A stretch of DNA of 32,301 nucleotides. Origin: an uncultured Clostridia bacterium (GTDB lineage Bacteria; Bacillota; Clostridia; Christensenellales; UBA1242). Position numbers and translations under genes: made by a program. The notes below the pieces were generated by a model. That model was not told where the DNA came from, made no database searches, and worked only from the letters and a program-made list of their open reading frames with translations. Positions 1-9,808 of this stretch are shown in pieces. How positions within the stretch are numbered: position 1 is the first letter of the stretch; each line of letters starts with the position of its first letter. The stretch covers positions 1 to 32,301 of the forward strand of contig CAKVMF010000002.1 in assembly GCA_934771675.1 (NCBI GenBank), read 5' to 3'.

Positions 1-2739
1 AGATTTTGTCACGTCACCTTCTTTGGTAAGTAGCAGTTGTTTCTTTTCAGGTGCAACCGTTTTTAACAAATCACCAATATCGTAAAGTTCGAAATTGATT
101 TTTTCATCATGCTGACCTGCAAGTTCATCAAACATAATTCTTTCAAACCAATCAACAAAAGCCTTTGGTCTAGCTGGAAATTTTTCACGAATTTTTTCCT
201 TGTCTTTTGAGCAAACAATATAGAGTTTTTCAATTGCACGAGTCAGTGCCACATACAAAACTCTCTGCTGCTCTTCGACAATTTTTCTCTGTTCCAAAAT
301 TCTAACAGCCGAAATCGGGATTGTTGTTTGCTTTGTTCTTGTATCAAAATCAAAGTAGTCAAGAGCAATGCCAATATCTTTGTTTAAAAGAAAACTCTTG
401 TAAGTATCTTTAAGCTGAATCAAGTGATTCACATCAACCAAAAATACAACTTTAAACTCAATACCCTTTGATGCATGAATTGTCATAAGTTTGACAGTAT
501 CGCCCGAAAGTTCACTTTCAACATCCTGCGAATAATTTGGATAATTTAAAACAAATTCTACGGCCGAACAATCTGGAAGAGCATCAACAAAAAGCTTTAG
601 ATTTTTAACATTTGAAACGCCATTTTTTTCAAGCAAATCAAGTTCTTCAAGTTTAAAATCTTCAATAACAAGTTTTGCAAAGTCTTTAACATTAAGCATT
701 TTTGCAAGACTTGTGTAATGATTTAATTGCGCATTAAAATGTTTTAATTTCTCGCCAAGTGCGATATTTTCAGTGATTACGCCATCATAAACACATTCAA
801 AAAATCTATTTTTAAAATTAATTCGGCGAATTTCACAAAGTTCATTGTTTGAAAAATTAAACATCTTGCTTTTCAAAACTTTAAACAATGTTATATCATC
901 ATTTTTGTTAACAGCAAGTGTGATAAAATTCAAAACTTCTTGAACATATGGCTCTTTGATTATATCTTGTTTTTCACCGCTTGAAACCGCAATTCCAAAC
1001 GCTTCCAAAATATCAACAAACTTTTGAATCTTTGGGTTTTTTCTTGCGGAAACCAAAATTGCAATATCTGATCTTTTTATTGCATCAGACTTTGTTACAT
1101 CAGTGAGTTCACTTATTTTTCCAGCAACCAAATTTGCTTCTGCTATGATTTTTGCCGTGTCTTCTTCATCTTCCTGTTCGTGATTTTTAACCGAATAAAC
1201 TCCGCTTGCTTCAACTTTTTCTCTCTTTTCTTTTGGTGAATCAATAAGGCACAAATTCACACTTTTTTCGTTATCTAAATTGTTTTCACCAGCAACAAAA
1301 ACGGCGTCTTTTTGATAGTTTGTTCCACCAAACTTTTCGGTCATAACCCCTGAAAAAACCCTGTCAACAAACTTTAAAATCTTTTTGTCACTTCTAAAAT
1401 TTGCATTGAGTTTAATAACTTCGCTATCATCCCCTGCAGCAGAATATCGTTTAAGAGTATCCAAAAAGATAGCAGGATCGCACAAACGGAAGGCATAAAT
1501 ACTCTGCTTAATATCACCCACCATAAAGCGATTCTTTTTTGAAGAAACTCTTGAAATTATTTCTTCCTGAACGGCGTTAATATCTTGATATTCATCAACA
1601 AAAACATACTTATACTTTTCTTTCACTGCATCACGAATTGCAGGATTTTCAAGAATTTTGAGTGCGTTAACTTCAAGATCATTAAAGTCCATAAGCCCCG
1701 CATCACGCTTGAGTTTTGCATATTGTTCATCAAAACTTTTTGTTAAAGCATAAAGCATTTCAAGATGTTTTTTTGCTGTAGCAATGCCAAGTTTCAATTG
1801 ATGCTCATCTGTTGAAATCATGTTTGAGCAAAGTTCTGTTATGGTTTTCTTTGTATCCTTAATAAACTCTGAAAAGTCGTTTTTTAACTCACTATGTTCT
1901 GCAGCGATTTTTGGAATAGTTGGAATACTTATATTAAACAAATTTTTTGCGTTAACGATATATGAATTTGCAAACGAAACACTTTTAAGCATTGATCCAA
2001 CATCAACAAGCCAGTCATATGCCACCTGTTCATCAACTTCCAAACATCTTGCCATAAATTGTTCAAATTCTTCAATTATTCCACCAATTCGTGCGCAAAC
2101 TGAATTATTGATAATCTTCACACATTCACTATTTTCAAGATCTGTGTCATGTGATGATTCTATGGTCTTTTTGAACCAGTCATCGCTGTTAATTATTGAT
2201 TTTAAAAATGTGCTGAGTGCAAAAACAGCATTTTTAAGCCCCGTGTCATCCCTATTTTTCTTGAAGATTTCAATTAATGTAAAATAATCTTCGCTTTCCT
2301 GTTTTTCTTGATTTTCAAAAACTTTTGTTATTGCTCTTTCCTTAAACAAATTTGACTGCGTTTCATCAATAACCGAAAAATTTGGATCAATATCAATCTC
2401 ATAAAAATATGTTTGAATAAGCCTTGAACAGAACACGTGAAGCGTTGAAATATCACTGGTTTCAACAGCAGAAATTTGCTCAAGTAAAAATTCATCAGCT
2501 TCCTTTTCAAGAAGTTTGTCAATAAGTTTTTTCTTCATGTCAGCAGCGCTGGTTTTTGTGAAAGTAACAACCAAAAAGTTAGAAACTGGTATATGTTTTT
2601 GTGTGATAAGTCTAACAATTTTTTCAATCATAACAGTGGTTTTTCCGCTGCCGGCAGATGCACTAACCAGAATATTTTTGCCTTCATGTTCAATAACTGC
2701 ACGCTGGTCATCAGTCCAATTTATCTTTTTGTTTTCCAT
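1..2739 (-). CDS. addA: ATP-dependent helicase/nuclease subunit A (AddA/RexA), first 913 codons; 3' end runs off the window
   Basis: My translation from the ATG at 2739 gives MENKKINWTDDQRAVIEHEGKNILVSASAGSGKTTVMIEKIV..., with a UvrD/PcrA-type Walker A (GSGKT). A DEYQD helicase motif (VDEYQDIN) lies near nt 1580-1600. The frame was spot-checked as open down to nt 1. The start overlaps the addB stop (TAATG). It is absent from the ORF track because there is no in-window stop. Confidence 0.9.
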   Translation of the reverse strand, partial: MENKKINWTDDQRAVIEHEGKNILVSASAGSGKTTVMIEKIVRLITQKHIPVSNFLVVTFTKTSAADMKKKLIDKLLEKEADEFLLEQISAVETSDISTLHVFCSRLIQTYFYEIDIDPNFSVIDETQSNLFKERAITKVFENQEKQESEDYFTLIEIFKKNRDDTGLKNAVFALSTFLKSIINSDDWFKKTIESSHDTDLENSECVKIINNSVCARIGGIIEEFEQFMARCLEVDEQVAYDWLVDVGSMLKSVSFANSYIVNAKNLFNISIPTIPKIAAEHSELKNDFSEFIKDTKKTITELCSNMISTDEHQLKLGIATAKKHLEMLYALTKSFDEQYAKLKRDAGLMDFNDLEVNALKILENPAIRDAVKEKYKYVFVDEYQDINAVQEEIISRVSSKKNRFMVGDIKQSIYAFRLCDPAIFLDTLKRYSAAGDDSEVIKLNANFRSDKKILKFVDRVFSGVMTEKFGGTNYQKDAVFVAGENNLDNEKSVNLCLIDSPKEKREKVEASGVYSVKNHEQEDEEDTAKIIAEANLVAGKISELTDVTKSDAIKRSDIAILVSARKNPKIQKFVDILEAFGIAVSSGEKQDIIKEPYVQEVLNFITLAVNKNDDITLFKVLKSKMFNFSNNELCEIRRINFKNRFFECVYDGVITENIALGEKLKHFNAQLNHYTSLAKMLNVKDFAKLVIEDFKLEELDLLEKNGVSNVKNLKLFVDALPDCSAVEFVLNYPNYSQDVESELSGDTVKLMTIHASKGIEFKVVFLVDVNHLIQLKDTYKSFLLNKDIGIALDYFDFDTRTKQTTIPISAVRILEQRKIVEEQQRVLYVALTRAIEKLYIVCSKDKEKIREKFPARPKAFVDWFERIMFDELAGQHDEKINFELYDIGDLLKTVAPEKKQLLLTKEGDVTKS

Positions 2740-5700
2740 TACTTGTCACCTCCGTCCAATTTGAAGCTCTTTATTGAAACAGCACCTGAAAGCTCTCTAC
2801 CCATACCAAACTTTGCCTTTTCTTTTCCACAAAATCCTGCAAATTTGCACCATTTGCACATGCTTGGAATTTCTTCACTTGCAGCCAAAACCGGAGAAGG
2901 TTCAATGTTTCCTTCCAAAATTTCACTTGCAGCCTGCCCGCAAAGTCTTTCAGTGTAAAATTTAACATCATCAAATTCATCTTCGCTCAAATTTTTGCTA
3001 GATGTTCCACTGATTTCAAATCTATTTTCATTTATCAAGGTTTTGTTTGTTTTAATTTTTAATGCAACAAAATTGCTTGAAGGATTTTCAAATGACAAGT
3101 TGTAATCCATATTTTTCACAACATCAATATCATCAAGCAAAAAACCTTCAAACTTAAACATGTTTTGAAGTTTAACATCCTTTTTTGCAAAATCACTATG
3201 AATTGGAAGATAAAATAGCCCCGCAACTTTTTTGCCAGTCAAAGCATTAACCGCAGAAAGGTATGAGACAAGCTGAACTTTTTTACCAAAATAAACACTA
3301 GACAGCTCGCTTGAAACACTGCCTGTTTTGTAGTCAATAATTCTGATATAATCGCCAAAAGAATCAATTCTATCAATCTTTCCTTCAATCTTTATGGTTT
3401 GACCATTTTCAAGCGGAATTTTTATTGCATTTTCACCGAAAAATGAATACTCTGTGCCATTTTTCATTGTTTTAAAGCCTGAATTTTGATGTTCATAAAG
3501 AAGATAGCCACATAACCTTACAGTTTCGCCCCTTAACATTTTTAACATGGTTGCATTTCTGTCACTGCTGATGTTGTTTTCTTCAATCGCCTGCTTTAAA
3601 AGTTTCAAAACAGAACTTTCAAACTCGTCAGTTTTCAAACCACTGTATGCGTCAATGTTTTTAACAAAGAGTTCTGCAACCCTGTGAATAATCAAACCAA
3701 TATCAAGGCTAGACATTTTTGCAGATTTGTTTTCTTTTAATCTGAGCCCATAAGTTGCAAAGAACAAATATGGACAAGCAAAGTATTTTTCAAGTTGCGA
3801 AACACTGGTTTTTCCATCAACAAAATAAAGGTCTTTTGCGTTTTTAATTTCAAACTTTTTGCTGTCAAAATTTTCACTTTCAAAATAGCTTAAAATCTCT
3901 TGCGAAACTTTTCCATCAATTGCACCAAATTTCAAGTTTACTTCATGGTTTGTGATTTCATTTTGCATGAACTGCCCAACACTTTTTGCAAACTCACTCT
4001 CAAGCGCTTCACGGCTTGGATTTGAAAATTTTTCATAATCTTTTTTTAATATTTTTTCTTTTCCAAAAAGTCCAAGTAATCGAAGGACTATTCTTGCAGG
4101 TTTTGTTACACTGCCGCTTCGGTTAAGGTTGCTATAAGAAACATACAAGTTTTCTTTTGGTTCAAGCAACGACTCATAAATCCTAAAATTTTCACGTTTG
4201 TTGATTTGTTTTACTGATGGCTCAACTTGTTTTTTTGAGAGAGATTTTGTTTCATCAAGTTCTGCATCCAAAATTATGCCGCTGTCTTTTATCGAGCATG
4301 GAAAACTTCCTTCAACCGCCCCAACTGCAAACATATCCTTGATATCAAAAAATCCGTCAGTATCAGCCTGAACAACAACTGTGTCAATTGAAACTGGTAA
4401 AAGATTGAGTTTAATTTCACCAATACCTGAAAAGAAATCAAGCAAAAATTCATCAAGTGACAGCTCAATTTCGCCCATAAAGTTTTTAAACATCAAGGCA
4501 TATTTTTGAACTCTGTCAAAGATTTTTGAAGTTATCTGTGATTCAATTTCAAGATTTGAATCTTCTTCAAGTTTTGCAAGTTTAGTTAATGTTTCACTGC
4601 ATGAAAAATAATCTTGAACAAACATAACAGCATCAATATAATCACCTGCTGTTTTTGCATTTTTCAATAATATTCCAAACTTTTCTGCAAAGGTCTTGAA
4701 CTTTTCAAGTTCTGGCTTTGCATTTTCAAAACTTGCAATTTCTGCATATCTTTCATTTGATTCAAAGTTTAAGAATTTTTTGTAATTAATTCCACTTTCA
4801 ACAACAAACCCAAAGACACTAGAAAAATCATCTGCCCCAAAAATAGGATTTGAAACAAAAGCTAAAACATTTTCATATGAAAAGTTTGAATTTACACAAA
4901 CAAAAGCACTTTTCAAAAACTTAACAAAAAAGTGTGATGACAAATCGTGCTGTTTGTTGATAAAGTATGGAATTTTGTTTTTTGCAAAAACCTTTTCGAT
5001 ATCTGCAATATAATCGTCAAGATTGCTCACCAAAACACCAAAATCTCTAAATCTCAAGCCGTCATTTGCAACTCTAGTCAATATTTTTGACGCAACAAAT
5101 TCAACTTCTTGTTTTGATGTTTCAGCTTCAAAAACTTGAACATTTCCCTGTGTTTCAGCCTGCTTTTTTTGCAAAGCAAAAAGATTGTTAGCAATATTAT
5201 AAAAATCTCCAGAGTTATATTTTTTTGAAAAGCTTGGAGTATATGGATACTTTAATATATCCGCAATATGCGTAAATTTCTTAAAAAGCTCATTATCTTG
5301 AATATATTTGTCGCTTCTGTTTTCCGCAAAATAAACACATGAAAAAGTTATGCTTTTTGCGTGCGTTGCAAAAGACTTCAAAACATCTTGCATCTCAAAA
5401 GTGATGTTGTCAAACCCAACAACAAAGATATGCGAGTTTTTTATTGTTTCATTTGTGCTTGCAAACTTTGACAAAAGAGCCAATTTGTCGCAATCATCAA
5501 GAAGTGTTTCACCAAGAGCTTTTTCATACTCTCTGTATATCAAAATGATATCTTTAAGTTTTTGCTTTAATGCTTCATTTTTTGTTTCAAGTGAAAGTTC
5601 AAGTTCATCTGGCGAAATACAGCTAGATTTGAGCTGGGCAATGGTTTCATATATTTTTTCAGCAAAGCCACTGGTTTTTGCTGTTTTTTTGTAACAAACA

Positions 5701-6017
5701 AGTGAATCAAAGTTGTCATAAATAACTTTTCGAAGCAGCATAACAGCCGTTTGTTTACTTGCGATATTTTCATCATTCACGAGCCCCAAACGGTTTATTA
5801 GTCTAACAAAGCTATAAACAAAAACATTGGCAAAAGCCCCACTTTTTGAAAGTGAGAGCAACTCCTTTTCAATAATGATAGATTTTGTTTCAGGAACAAT
5901 AACAATATAATCTTCAAACGGATTTTCATTTGAGAGTTTGCACACTTTTGAAAGTGCTGCAGTAGTTGCGCCTTTTGTTGATTCAGATATAATGTAATCT
6001 ATTTTCATTTGTTTCAC
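2739..6017 (-). CDS. addB: ATP-dependent helicase/nuclease subunit B (AddB/RexB), 1092 aa
   Basis: Size and position directly upstream of addA fit AddB. The C-terminal RecB-type nuclease region has one Cys in CPYLFFATYGLRLKE plus C-x2-C-x5-C (CKWCKFAGFC), the four-Cys pattern of the AddB Fe-S cluster. The N-terminal Walker A looks degenerate (SESTKGATT). Confidence 0.9.
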   Translation of the reverse strand: MKQMKIDYIISESTKGATTAALSKVCKLSNENPFEDYIVIVPETKSIIIEKELLSLSKSGAFANVFVYSFVRLINRLGLVNDENIASKQTAVMLLRKVIYDNFDSLVCYKKTAKTSGFAEKIYETIAQLKSSCISPDELELSLETKNEALKQKLKDIILIYREYEKALGETLLDDCDKLALLSKFASTNETIKNSHIFVVGFDNITFEMQDVLKSFATHAKSITFSCVYFAENRSDKYIQDNELFKKFTHIADILKYPYTPSFSKKYNSGDFYNIANNLFALQKKQAETQGNVQVFEAETSKQEVEFVASKILTRVANDGLRFRDFGVLVSNLDDYIADIEKVFAKNKIPYFINKQHDLSSHFFVKFLKSAFVCVNSNFSYENVLAFVSNPIFGADDFSSVFGFVVESGINYKKFLNFESNERYAEIASFENAKPELEKFKTFAEKFGILLKNAKTAGDYIDAVMFVQDYFSCSETLTKLAKLEEDSNLEIESQITSKIFDRVQKYALMFKNFMGEIELSLDEFLLDFFSGIGEIKLNLLPVSIDTVVVQADTDGFFDIKDMFAVGAVEGSFPCSIKDSGIILDAELDETKSLSKKQVEPSVKQINKRENFRIYESLLEPKENLYVSYSNLNRSGSVTKPARIVLRLLGLFGKEKILKKDYEKFSNPSREALESEFAKSVGQFMQNEITNHEVNLKFGAIDGKVSQEILSYFESENFDSKKFEIKNAKDLYFVDGKTSVSQLEKYFACPYLFFATYGLRLKENKSAKMSSLDIGLIIHRVAELFVKNIDAYSGLKTDEFESSVLKLLKQAIEENNISSDRNATMLKMLRGETVRLCGYLLYEHQNSGFKTMKNGTEYSFFGENAIKIPLENGQTIKIEGKIDRIDSFGDYIRIIDYKTGSVSSELSSVYFGKKVQLVSYLSAVNALTGKKVAGLFYLPIHSDFAKKDVKLQNMFKFEGFLLDDIDVVKNMDYNLSFENPSSNFVALKIKTNKTLINENRFEISGTSSKNLSEDEFDDVKFYTERLCGQAASEILEGNIEPSPVLAASEEIPSMCKWCKFAGFCGKEKAKFGMGRELSGAVSIKSFKLDGGDK

Positions 6018-6085
6018 CTAAAACTATTTTACATTATTTTTATCAATATTTCAACAAACTGCATAAATTTCTATTGATTATAAAA

Positions 6086-6114
6086 TTGACAAATTTCAAG
6101 CAATTTATTACAAT
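6086..6114 (+). promoter_or_regulatory. sigma-70/SigA-type promoter for the Zn-peptidase gene
   Basis: TTGACA (6086-6091), 17-nt spacer, TACAAT (6109-6114). AGGAG RBS at 6121-6125, ATG at 6133. Confidence 0.55.
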
Positions 6115-6132
6115 AATTTTAGGAGAATAATT

Positions 6133-6858
6133 ATGGATTGGACACTCGTTTATATTGTGGCTACAATTTTGATTTTACCAAGTTTTATATATGGTTCAAT
6201 TTGTCAGTCAAACGTTTACTCAACATTTGAAACTTATGCAAAAGTTGCATCAAAAAGCGGTCTTACCGCTGCAGAACTTACCGATAAATTGTTGAAACAA
6301 GCTGGAATAAATGATGTTGAAATTGCTCAAATCAACGGAAAACTTACTGATTGTTATGATTCAAAGCACAAAGTAATCAAACTTTCAAACTCAACTTGCG
6401 GTTCAACATCTGTTGCATCCCTTGGGGTTTGCGCACACGAAGTTGGACACGCCATTCAAGATCATCAAAAAAGTTTTTTGTTTAGATTTAGAATCTTTAT
6501 TGCACCAATACTCAACTTTGCATCATTTGCATTTATTCCTTTGATTTTTATTGGTTCAATTTTGGGATTTATGTTTCATATTCCAGTTGTTGGATATTGG
6601 ATTGTTTGGGCAAGTGTTATCATGTATGGCGGAAGCGCATTTTTTTCATTTATCACCCTGCCTCTTGAATTTGACGCATCAAAAAAAGCTTTAAAAATGC
6701 TTGAAGAAACAGGTGTAATGAACAGCGAAGAACTCGGTCAAACAAAAAAAGTTTTAAAAGCCGCTGCAAGAACATATATTGCATCATTCTTAACAACACT
6801 TTTATACTTCTTAAGATTTTTGAGTTACGCATTGATGGTATCCGGAAAACGAAAATAA
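6133..6858 (+). CDS. membrane-associated neutral zinc metallopeptidase (YugP-like family)
   Basis: HExxH motif (HEVGHAIQ). N-terminal TM helix plus C-terminal hydrophobic helices. The ~240-aa size is typical of the YugP / Zn_peptidase_2 family. Strong RBS and a terminator follow. Confidence 0.8.
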   Translation: MDWTLVYIVATILILPSFIYGSICQSNVYSTFETYAKVASKSGLTAAELTDKLLKQAGINDVEIAQINGKLTDCYDSKHKVIKLSNSTCGSTSVASLGVCAHEVGHAIQDHQKSFLFRFRIFIAPILNFASFAFIPLIFIGSILGFMFHIPVVGYWIVWASVIMYGGSAFFSFITLPLEFDASKKALKMLEETGVMNSEELGQTKKVLKAAARTYIASFLTTLLYFLRFLSYALMVSGKRK

Positions 6859-6885
6859 AAACCGCAAACTGCGGTTTTTATTTTG
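6859..6885 (+). terminator. rho-independent terminator after the Zn-peptidase gene
   Basis: Stem AACCGCA / TGCGGTT, loop AAC, followed by a T-run. Confidence 0.65.
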
Positions 6886-6924
6886 AACGTTTAAATCAAT
6901 AAATCTTTTTTAATTCAAATAAGC

Positions 6925-6957
6925 ACAAAAAAAACCGAGATAATTCTCGGTTTTTTA
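6925..6957 (-). terminator. rho-independent terminator after the 168-aa gene (A-tract and T-tract flanked, potentially bidirectional)
   Basis: Stem CCGAGA / TCTCGG, loop TAAT, A-run upstream and T-run downstream; abuts the stop codon at 6958. Confidence 0.6.
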
Positions 6958-7464
6958 TTAATTGATTTTTTGACAAATTTCACAATCAAACAATGCACCA
7001 ATTCTTGCAATTGAAATGATTCTTGCAGCGGCATCATCAATAATTCTTTCAGATGCTTCAGCAGTTACATTTGAACTTCTCTCTTGCAATGTTTCTGCTC
7101 TTAAAACTGTTGTTTTTGCTGTTGAATCATCTTTCAAAACTTCAACAGTATTTTTGTTTTGAACTGGTTTTGTTTCGTTTTTAACTTGCTTTGCAGCAGG
7201 TCTAAAACTAAAATCAAAATAGTCATCAACTTTGCTGATTGTTGCCTTAACACCCTTCTTTTGGTTGCTCAAAGTATGTTTTTCATAGCCAATGTCATTG
7301 CTATTTTTGAGTTTTGACTTTGCTTGAGCATTGTTAATTTCAACAATTCCAAATTTTTCGGCTTCGTTTTGAGATAAAGACTTTTCAGATTTAACCTTTT
7401 TTGAAGCGGTTGATTTTGTTAGATTTTTATCTTCAACATTCACAGTTACTAATCTTTTTTCCAT
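6958..7464 (-). CDS. hypothetical Lys/Ser-rich 168-aa protein
   Basis: Good RBS (AGAGGGAGC, 5 nt before the ATG), own promoter and terminator. No recognisable motif; low-complexity middle, C-terminal CEIC. Confidence 0.55.
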   Translation of the reverse strand: MEKRLVTVNVEDKNLTKSTASKKVKSEKSLSQNEAEKFGIVEINNAQAKSKLKNSNDIGYEKHTLSNQKKGVKATISKVDDYFDFSFRPAAKQVKNETKPVQNKNTVEVLKDDSTAKTTVLRAETLQERSSNVTAEASERIIDDAAARIISIARIGALFDCEICQKIN

Positions 7465-7536
7465 AAATTGCTCCCTCTTTATAACAAATATTTATAGGTT
7501 TTATTACATATTTTTATAGATCTCTTTGTAATTTAA

Positions 7537-7565
7537 ATTATAACCAAAAATTTTAAAATTGTAAA
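7537..7565 (-). promoter_or_regulatory. SigA-type promoter for the 168-aa gene
   Basis: On the minus strand: TTTACA, 17-nt spacer, TATAAT. Confidence 0.5.
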
Positions 7566-7620
7566 TAGTTATGAAAAAATTTTTTTTAAAAATTTACACT
7601 TTTTTGTAACTTTAGGTTTT

Positions 7621-8130
7621 TTAATAAGCAATTTCATCAATCACTTCGCCACTAACACTCAAAATCTTGATTTTTGAATCATCCAAAATGGCAAAACTTT
7701 TTTCACATAACCTTGGAACAGCAATAGATCCCGGACACATCCAAATCACACCTTGTTCAAGCCTAATAAATGGTCTGTGAACATGCCCCATCATAACAAT
7801 TTTTGCTCCATATGACGCAAGATCCATATCGTTAAGCCTATGCCCATGGCACAAATATGCAAGCCTGCCATTTATGTTTTCATAAAGCTCTGGGTAAGCT
7901 TCAAATTTAGCATCTTCAAACTCAACATACCAATCGTTGTTTCCTTTAACAATATCAAGCTTTGAAGCATAAGGATTAAGCATTTCAACCATTTCTGTTA
8001 AGTTTGCACCAAAAATATCACCCAGCATGATAATTTTATCAGCATGATATAAATCAGCCAATTCAAGCGTCATTTTAAGCCCGTTTAATGAGCCATGAAT
8101 ATCTGCAACAACAAGATATGTTTTCCCCAT
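7621..8130 (-). CDS. metallophosphoesterase, YfcE/MJ0936-like phosphodiesterase
   Basis: Calcineurin-like metallophosphoesterase motifs in order: DIHGS, GDIFG, GNND, HGH, GHVH. 169 aa. Confidence 0.85.
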   Translation of the reverse strand: MGKTYLVVADIHGSLNGLKMTLELADLYHADKIIMLGDIFGANLTEMVEMLNPYASKLDIVKGNNDWYVEFEDAKFEAYPELYENINGRLAYLCHGHRLNDMDLASYGAKIVMMGHVHRPFIRLEQGVIWMCPGSIAVPRLCEKSFAILDDSKIKILSVSGEVIDEIAY

Positions 8131-8144
8131 AATGCTCCAATTTT

Positions 8145-8174
8145 AAAAAGTCCTTAACACGTAAGGACTTTTTT
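8145..8174 (-). terminator. rho-independent terminator after lysK
   Basis: Stem AGTCCTTA / TAAGGACT, 5-nt loop, flanked by A-run and T-run; 1 nt from the lysK stop. Confidence 0.65.
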
Positions 8175-8175
8175 G

Positions 8176-9750
8176 TTAAATATTAAGTAGCTCAATATAT
8201 TTTGATTTGTCGCTAGCAGCAAAGAACATATAAAGTCTTGGGCCAGCATCTGCACCAAACAACAAATTGTAGAAGATTTTGAAGTATTTTTGTTGAACTG
8301 CAAGATTTTCTTTCTTTGTTAAGTTTGGATTGTTTACTGTGTCATAGATAAATTGTTGAACTTCTTTATCTTTGATTTCAGCGTGTTCATTTAAGTAATT
8401 GTAAAGTTTGCGAACAACACCCTTTTCTTCTTCTGAAAGTGTTTCTGCAAAAGTCATATTCTTTTCAGTTAAAAGATTGAACATTTTTTCAGGTTGATAT
8501 GTTTTGATGAAGTATGTTGCTCTTTCAAATCTGCTATCAGCTTCACCTGTCCATTTCAAATCAAGTTTTTCAATAGCTTTAACCAAGCTGTCGTGGTTAA
8601 AATCAACGATTGGAGCAAGACTAGCAATTGTGTTGAAGGATGTTTCATCTTCATACTTTTTGCCTTCAATCAAGCACAAATCAAAGAGTGATTTTGTAAA
8701 TTCATCAGCTTCACCTGAAAGATATGCGTGAAGACCTTTGTCATATTCAGAGTAATGACGAATGATTGTGTCATCAAAATAAAAGTTGTAAGAATCTTCT
8801 GGTTCATATTTTGCAAACAACCATCTGATAACTTCAGGAGTGTAGAATTTCAAAACACCATCAGGAGTGATGTTTACGCCACTTGATGAGTGCATGCTTG
8901 AAACACCTGCAAATCCAAGCCATCCATATGCTTGATATGTTGGTGGTTCACCATTAAAGATTTCACGAACAACTCTTGAGCAAACATCATAGCTTCCACC
9001 CGGAGTTGAGTGATCAATACCACCTGATTCAAAGTCAACACCTTCTTCTTTCCAACGCATTGGCCAGTCAACTTTCCAAGCAAGTTTGATTTTGAAATAC
9101 TTCAAAACATCAACTGTTTCGGTGTGTCCACAAGCTTTGCAATGATAAGTTAAAAGATGTGTTTTTTCATCATATGAATCAACAACAGTTGAATCCTTCA
9201 AACACTTGTCACAATAAACAGCAACTGGATAATATTTTTCACGTTCTTCATCGCTTGCTTCTTGAGATTTGAAACTCATCAAAATATCATAAATTTCTTT
9301 TCTCTTTTCAAGTGAATATGCAACTTTGTCTGCATATCTTCCGCTCAAATATTCATTGTGTTGATAAATATATTCAACATCAATGCCAAGTTCTTTAAGA
9401 GATTTTTCAAATTCCATTTCAAAATGTCTGCCATAACTTTCAGCACCATCATCAAATGGGTTTGGAATCAATGTGTATGGGCAACCAATATATTTGTCAT
9501 AACCATCAACAATTTTTGCAACGTTAACAGGAACTTTTCTGAGTCTGTCAAAGTCATCCCATGAAAAAATGAAACGAACCTTTTTGCCTTTCATTCTAAG
9601 TGCCTTTGCAACAAAATAAGGAATAGCAATCTCTCTAAAATTGCCAATATGAACACTTCCTGATGGGCTGACACCACTGGCACAAGTGTAAACTTCTTTG
9701 TTTGGATTTCTTTCAATAATCTTGTCAGCAATTCTTTCACTCCAATGCAT
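8176..9750 (-). CDS. lysK: lysyl-tRNA synthetase, class I type
   Basis: N-terminus MHWSERIADKII...SGVSPSGSVHIGNFRE carries the class I HIGH-type motif. A KMSKS-region variant (VSSMHSSSG) is present. ~524 aa. I trimmed the track ORF to Met14 (9750) because of the AGGAG RBS and because the predicted promoter lies inside the longer ORF. Confidence 0.85.
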   Translation of the reverse strand: MHWSERIADKIIERNPNKEVYTCASGVSPSGSVHIGNFREIAIPYFVAKALRMKGKKVRFIFSWDDFDRLRKVPVNVAKIVDGYDKYIGCPYTLIPNPFDDGAESYGRHFEMEFEKSLKELGIDVEYIYQHNEYLSGRYADKVAYSLEKRKEIYDILMSFKSQEASDEEREKYYPVAVYCDKCLKDSTVVDSYDEKTHLLTYHCKACGHTETVDVLKYFKIKLAWKVDWPMRWKEEGVDFESGGIDHSTPGGSYDVCSRVVREIFNGEPPTYQAYGWLGFAGVSSMHSSSGVNITPDGVLKFYTPEVIRWLFAKYEPEDSYNFYFDDTIIRHYSEYDKGLHAYLSGEADEFTKSLFDLCLIEGKKYEDETSFNTIASLAPIVDFNHDSLVKAIEKLDLKWTGEADSRFERATYFIKTYQPEKMFNLLTEKNMTFAETLSEEEKGVVRKLYNYLNEHAEIKDKEVQQFIYDTVNNPNLTKKENLAVQQKYFKIFYNLLFGADAGPRLYMFFAASDKSKYIELLNI

Positions 9751-9779
9751 ACCAACATCTCCTAATAAAATATGCCAAA

Positions 9780-9808
9780 AGTGTAACACAAAACCCTGCC
9801 GTTGTCAA
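9780..9808 (-). promoter_or_regulatory. SigA-type promoter for lysK
   Basis: On the minus strand: TTGACA, 17-nt spacer, TACACT. About 22 nt of leader contain the RBS. Confidence 0.5.

Noticed and set aside
1820-2287. 155-aa plus-strand ORF, plus other 60-120-aa ORFs antisense to addA, addB, lysK, secA, the 1119-aa gene, the toxin and the LRR gene
   Set aside because: All lie entirely inside long, motif-supported minus-strand genes. They have Phe/Ser/Ile-rich compositions typical of antisense frames of AT-rich genes, and they lack RBSs.
8176-9789. Longer N-terminal extensions given by the ORF track for lysK (9789), the 434-aa ORF (14664), comFC (18807), the 199-aa ORF (20679), the small membrane protein (18894) and the PAP2 gene (31189)
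   Set aside because: In each case an internal ATG is preceded by a proper RBS, or the extension contains the predicted promoter or overlaps the preceding gene. The starts were trimmed accordingly.
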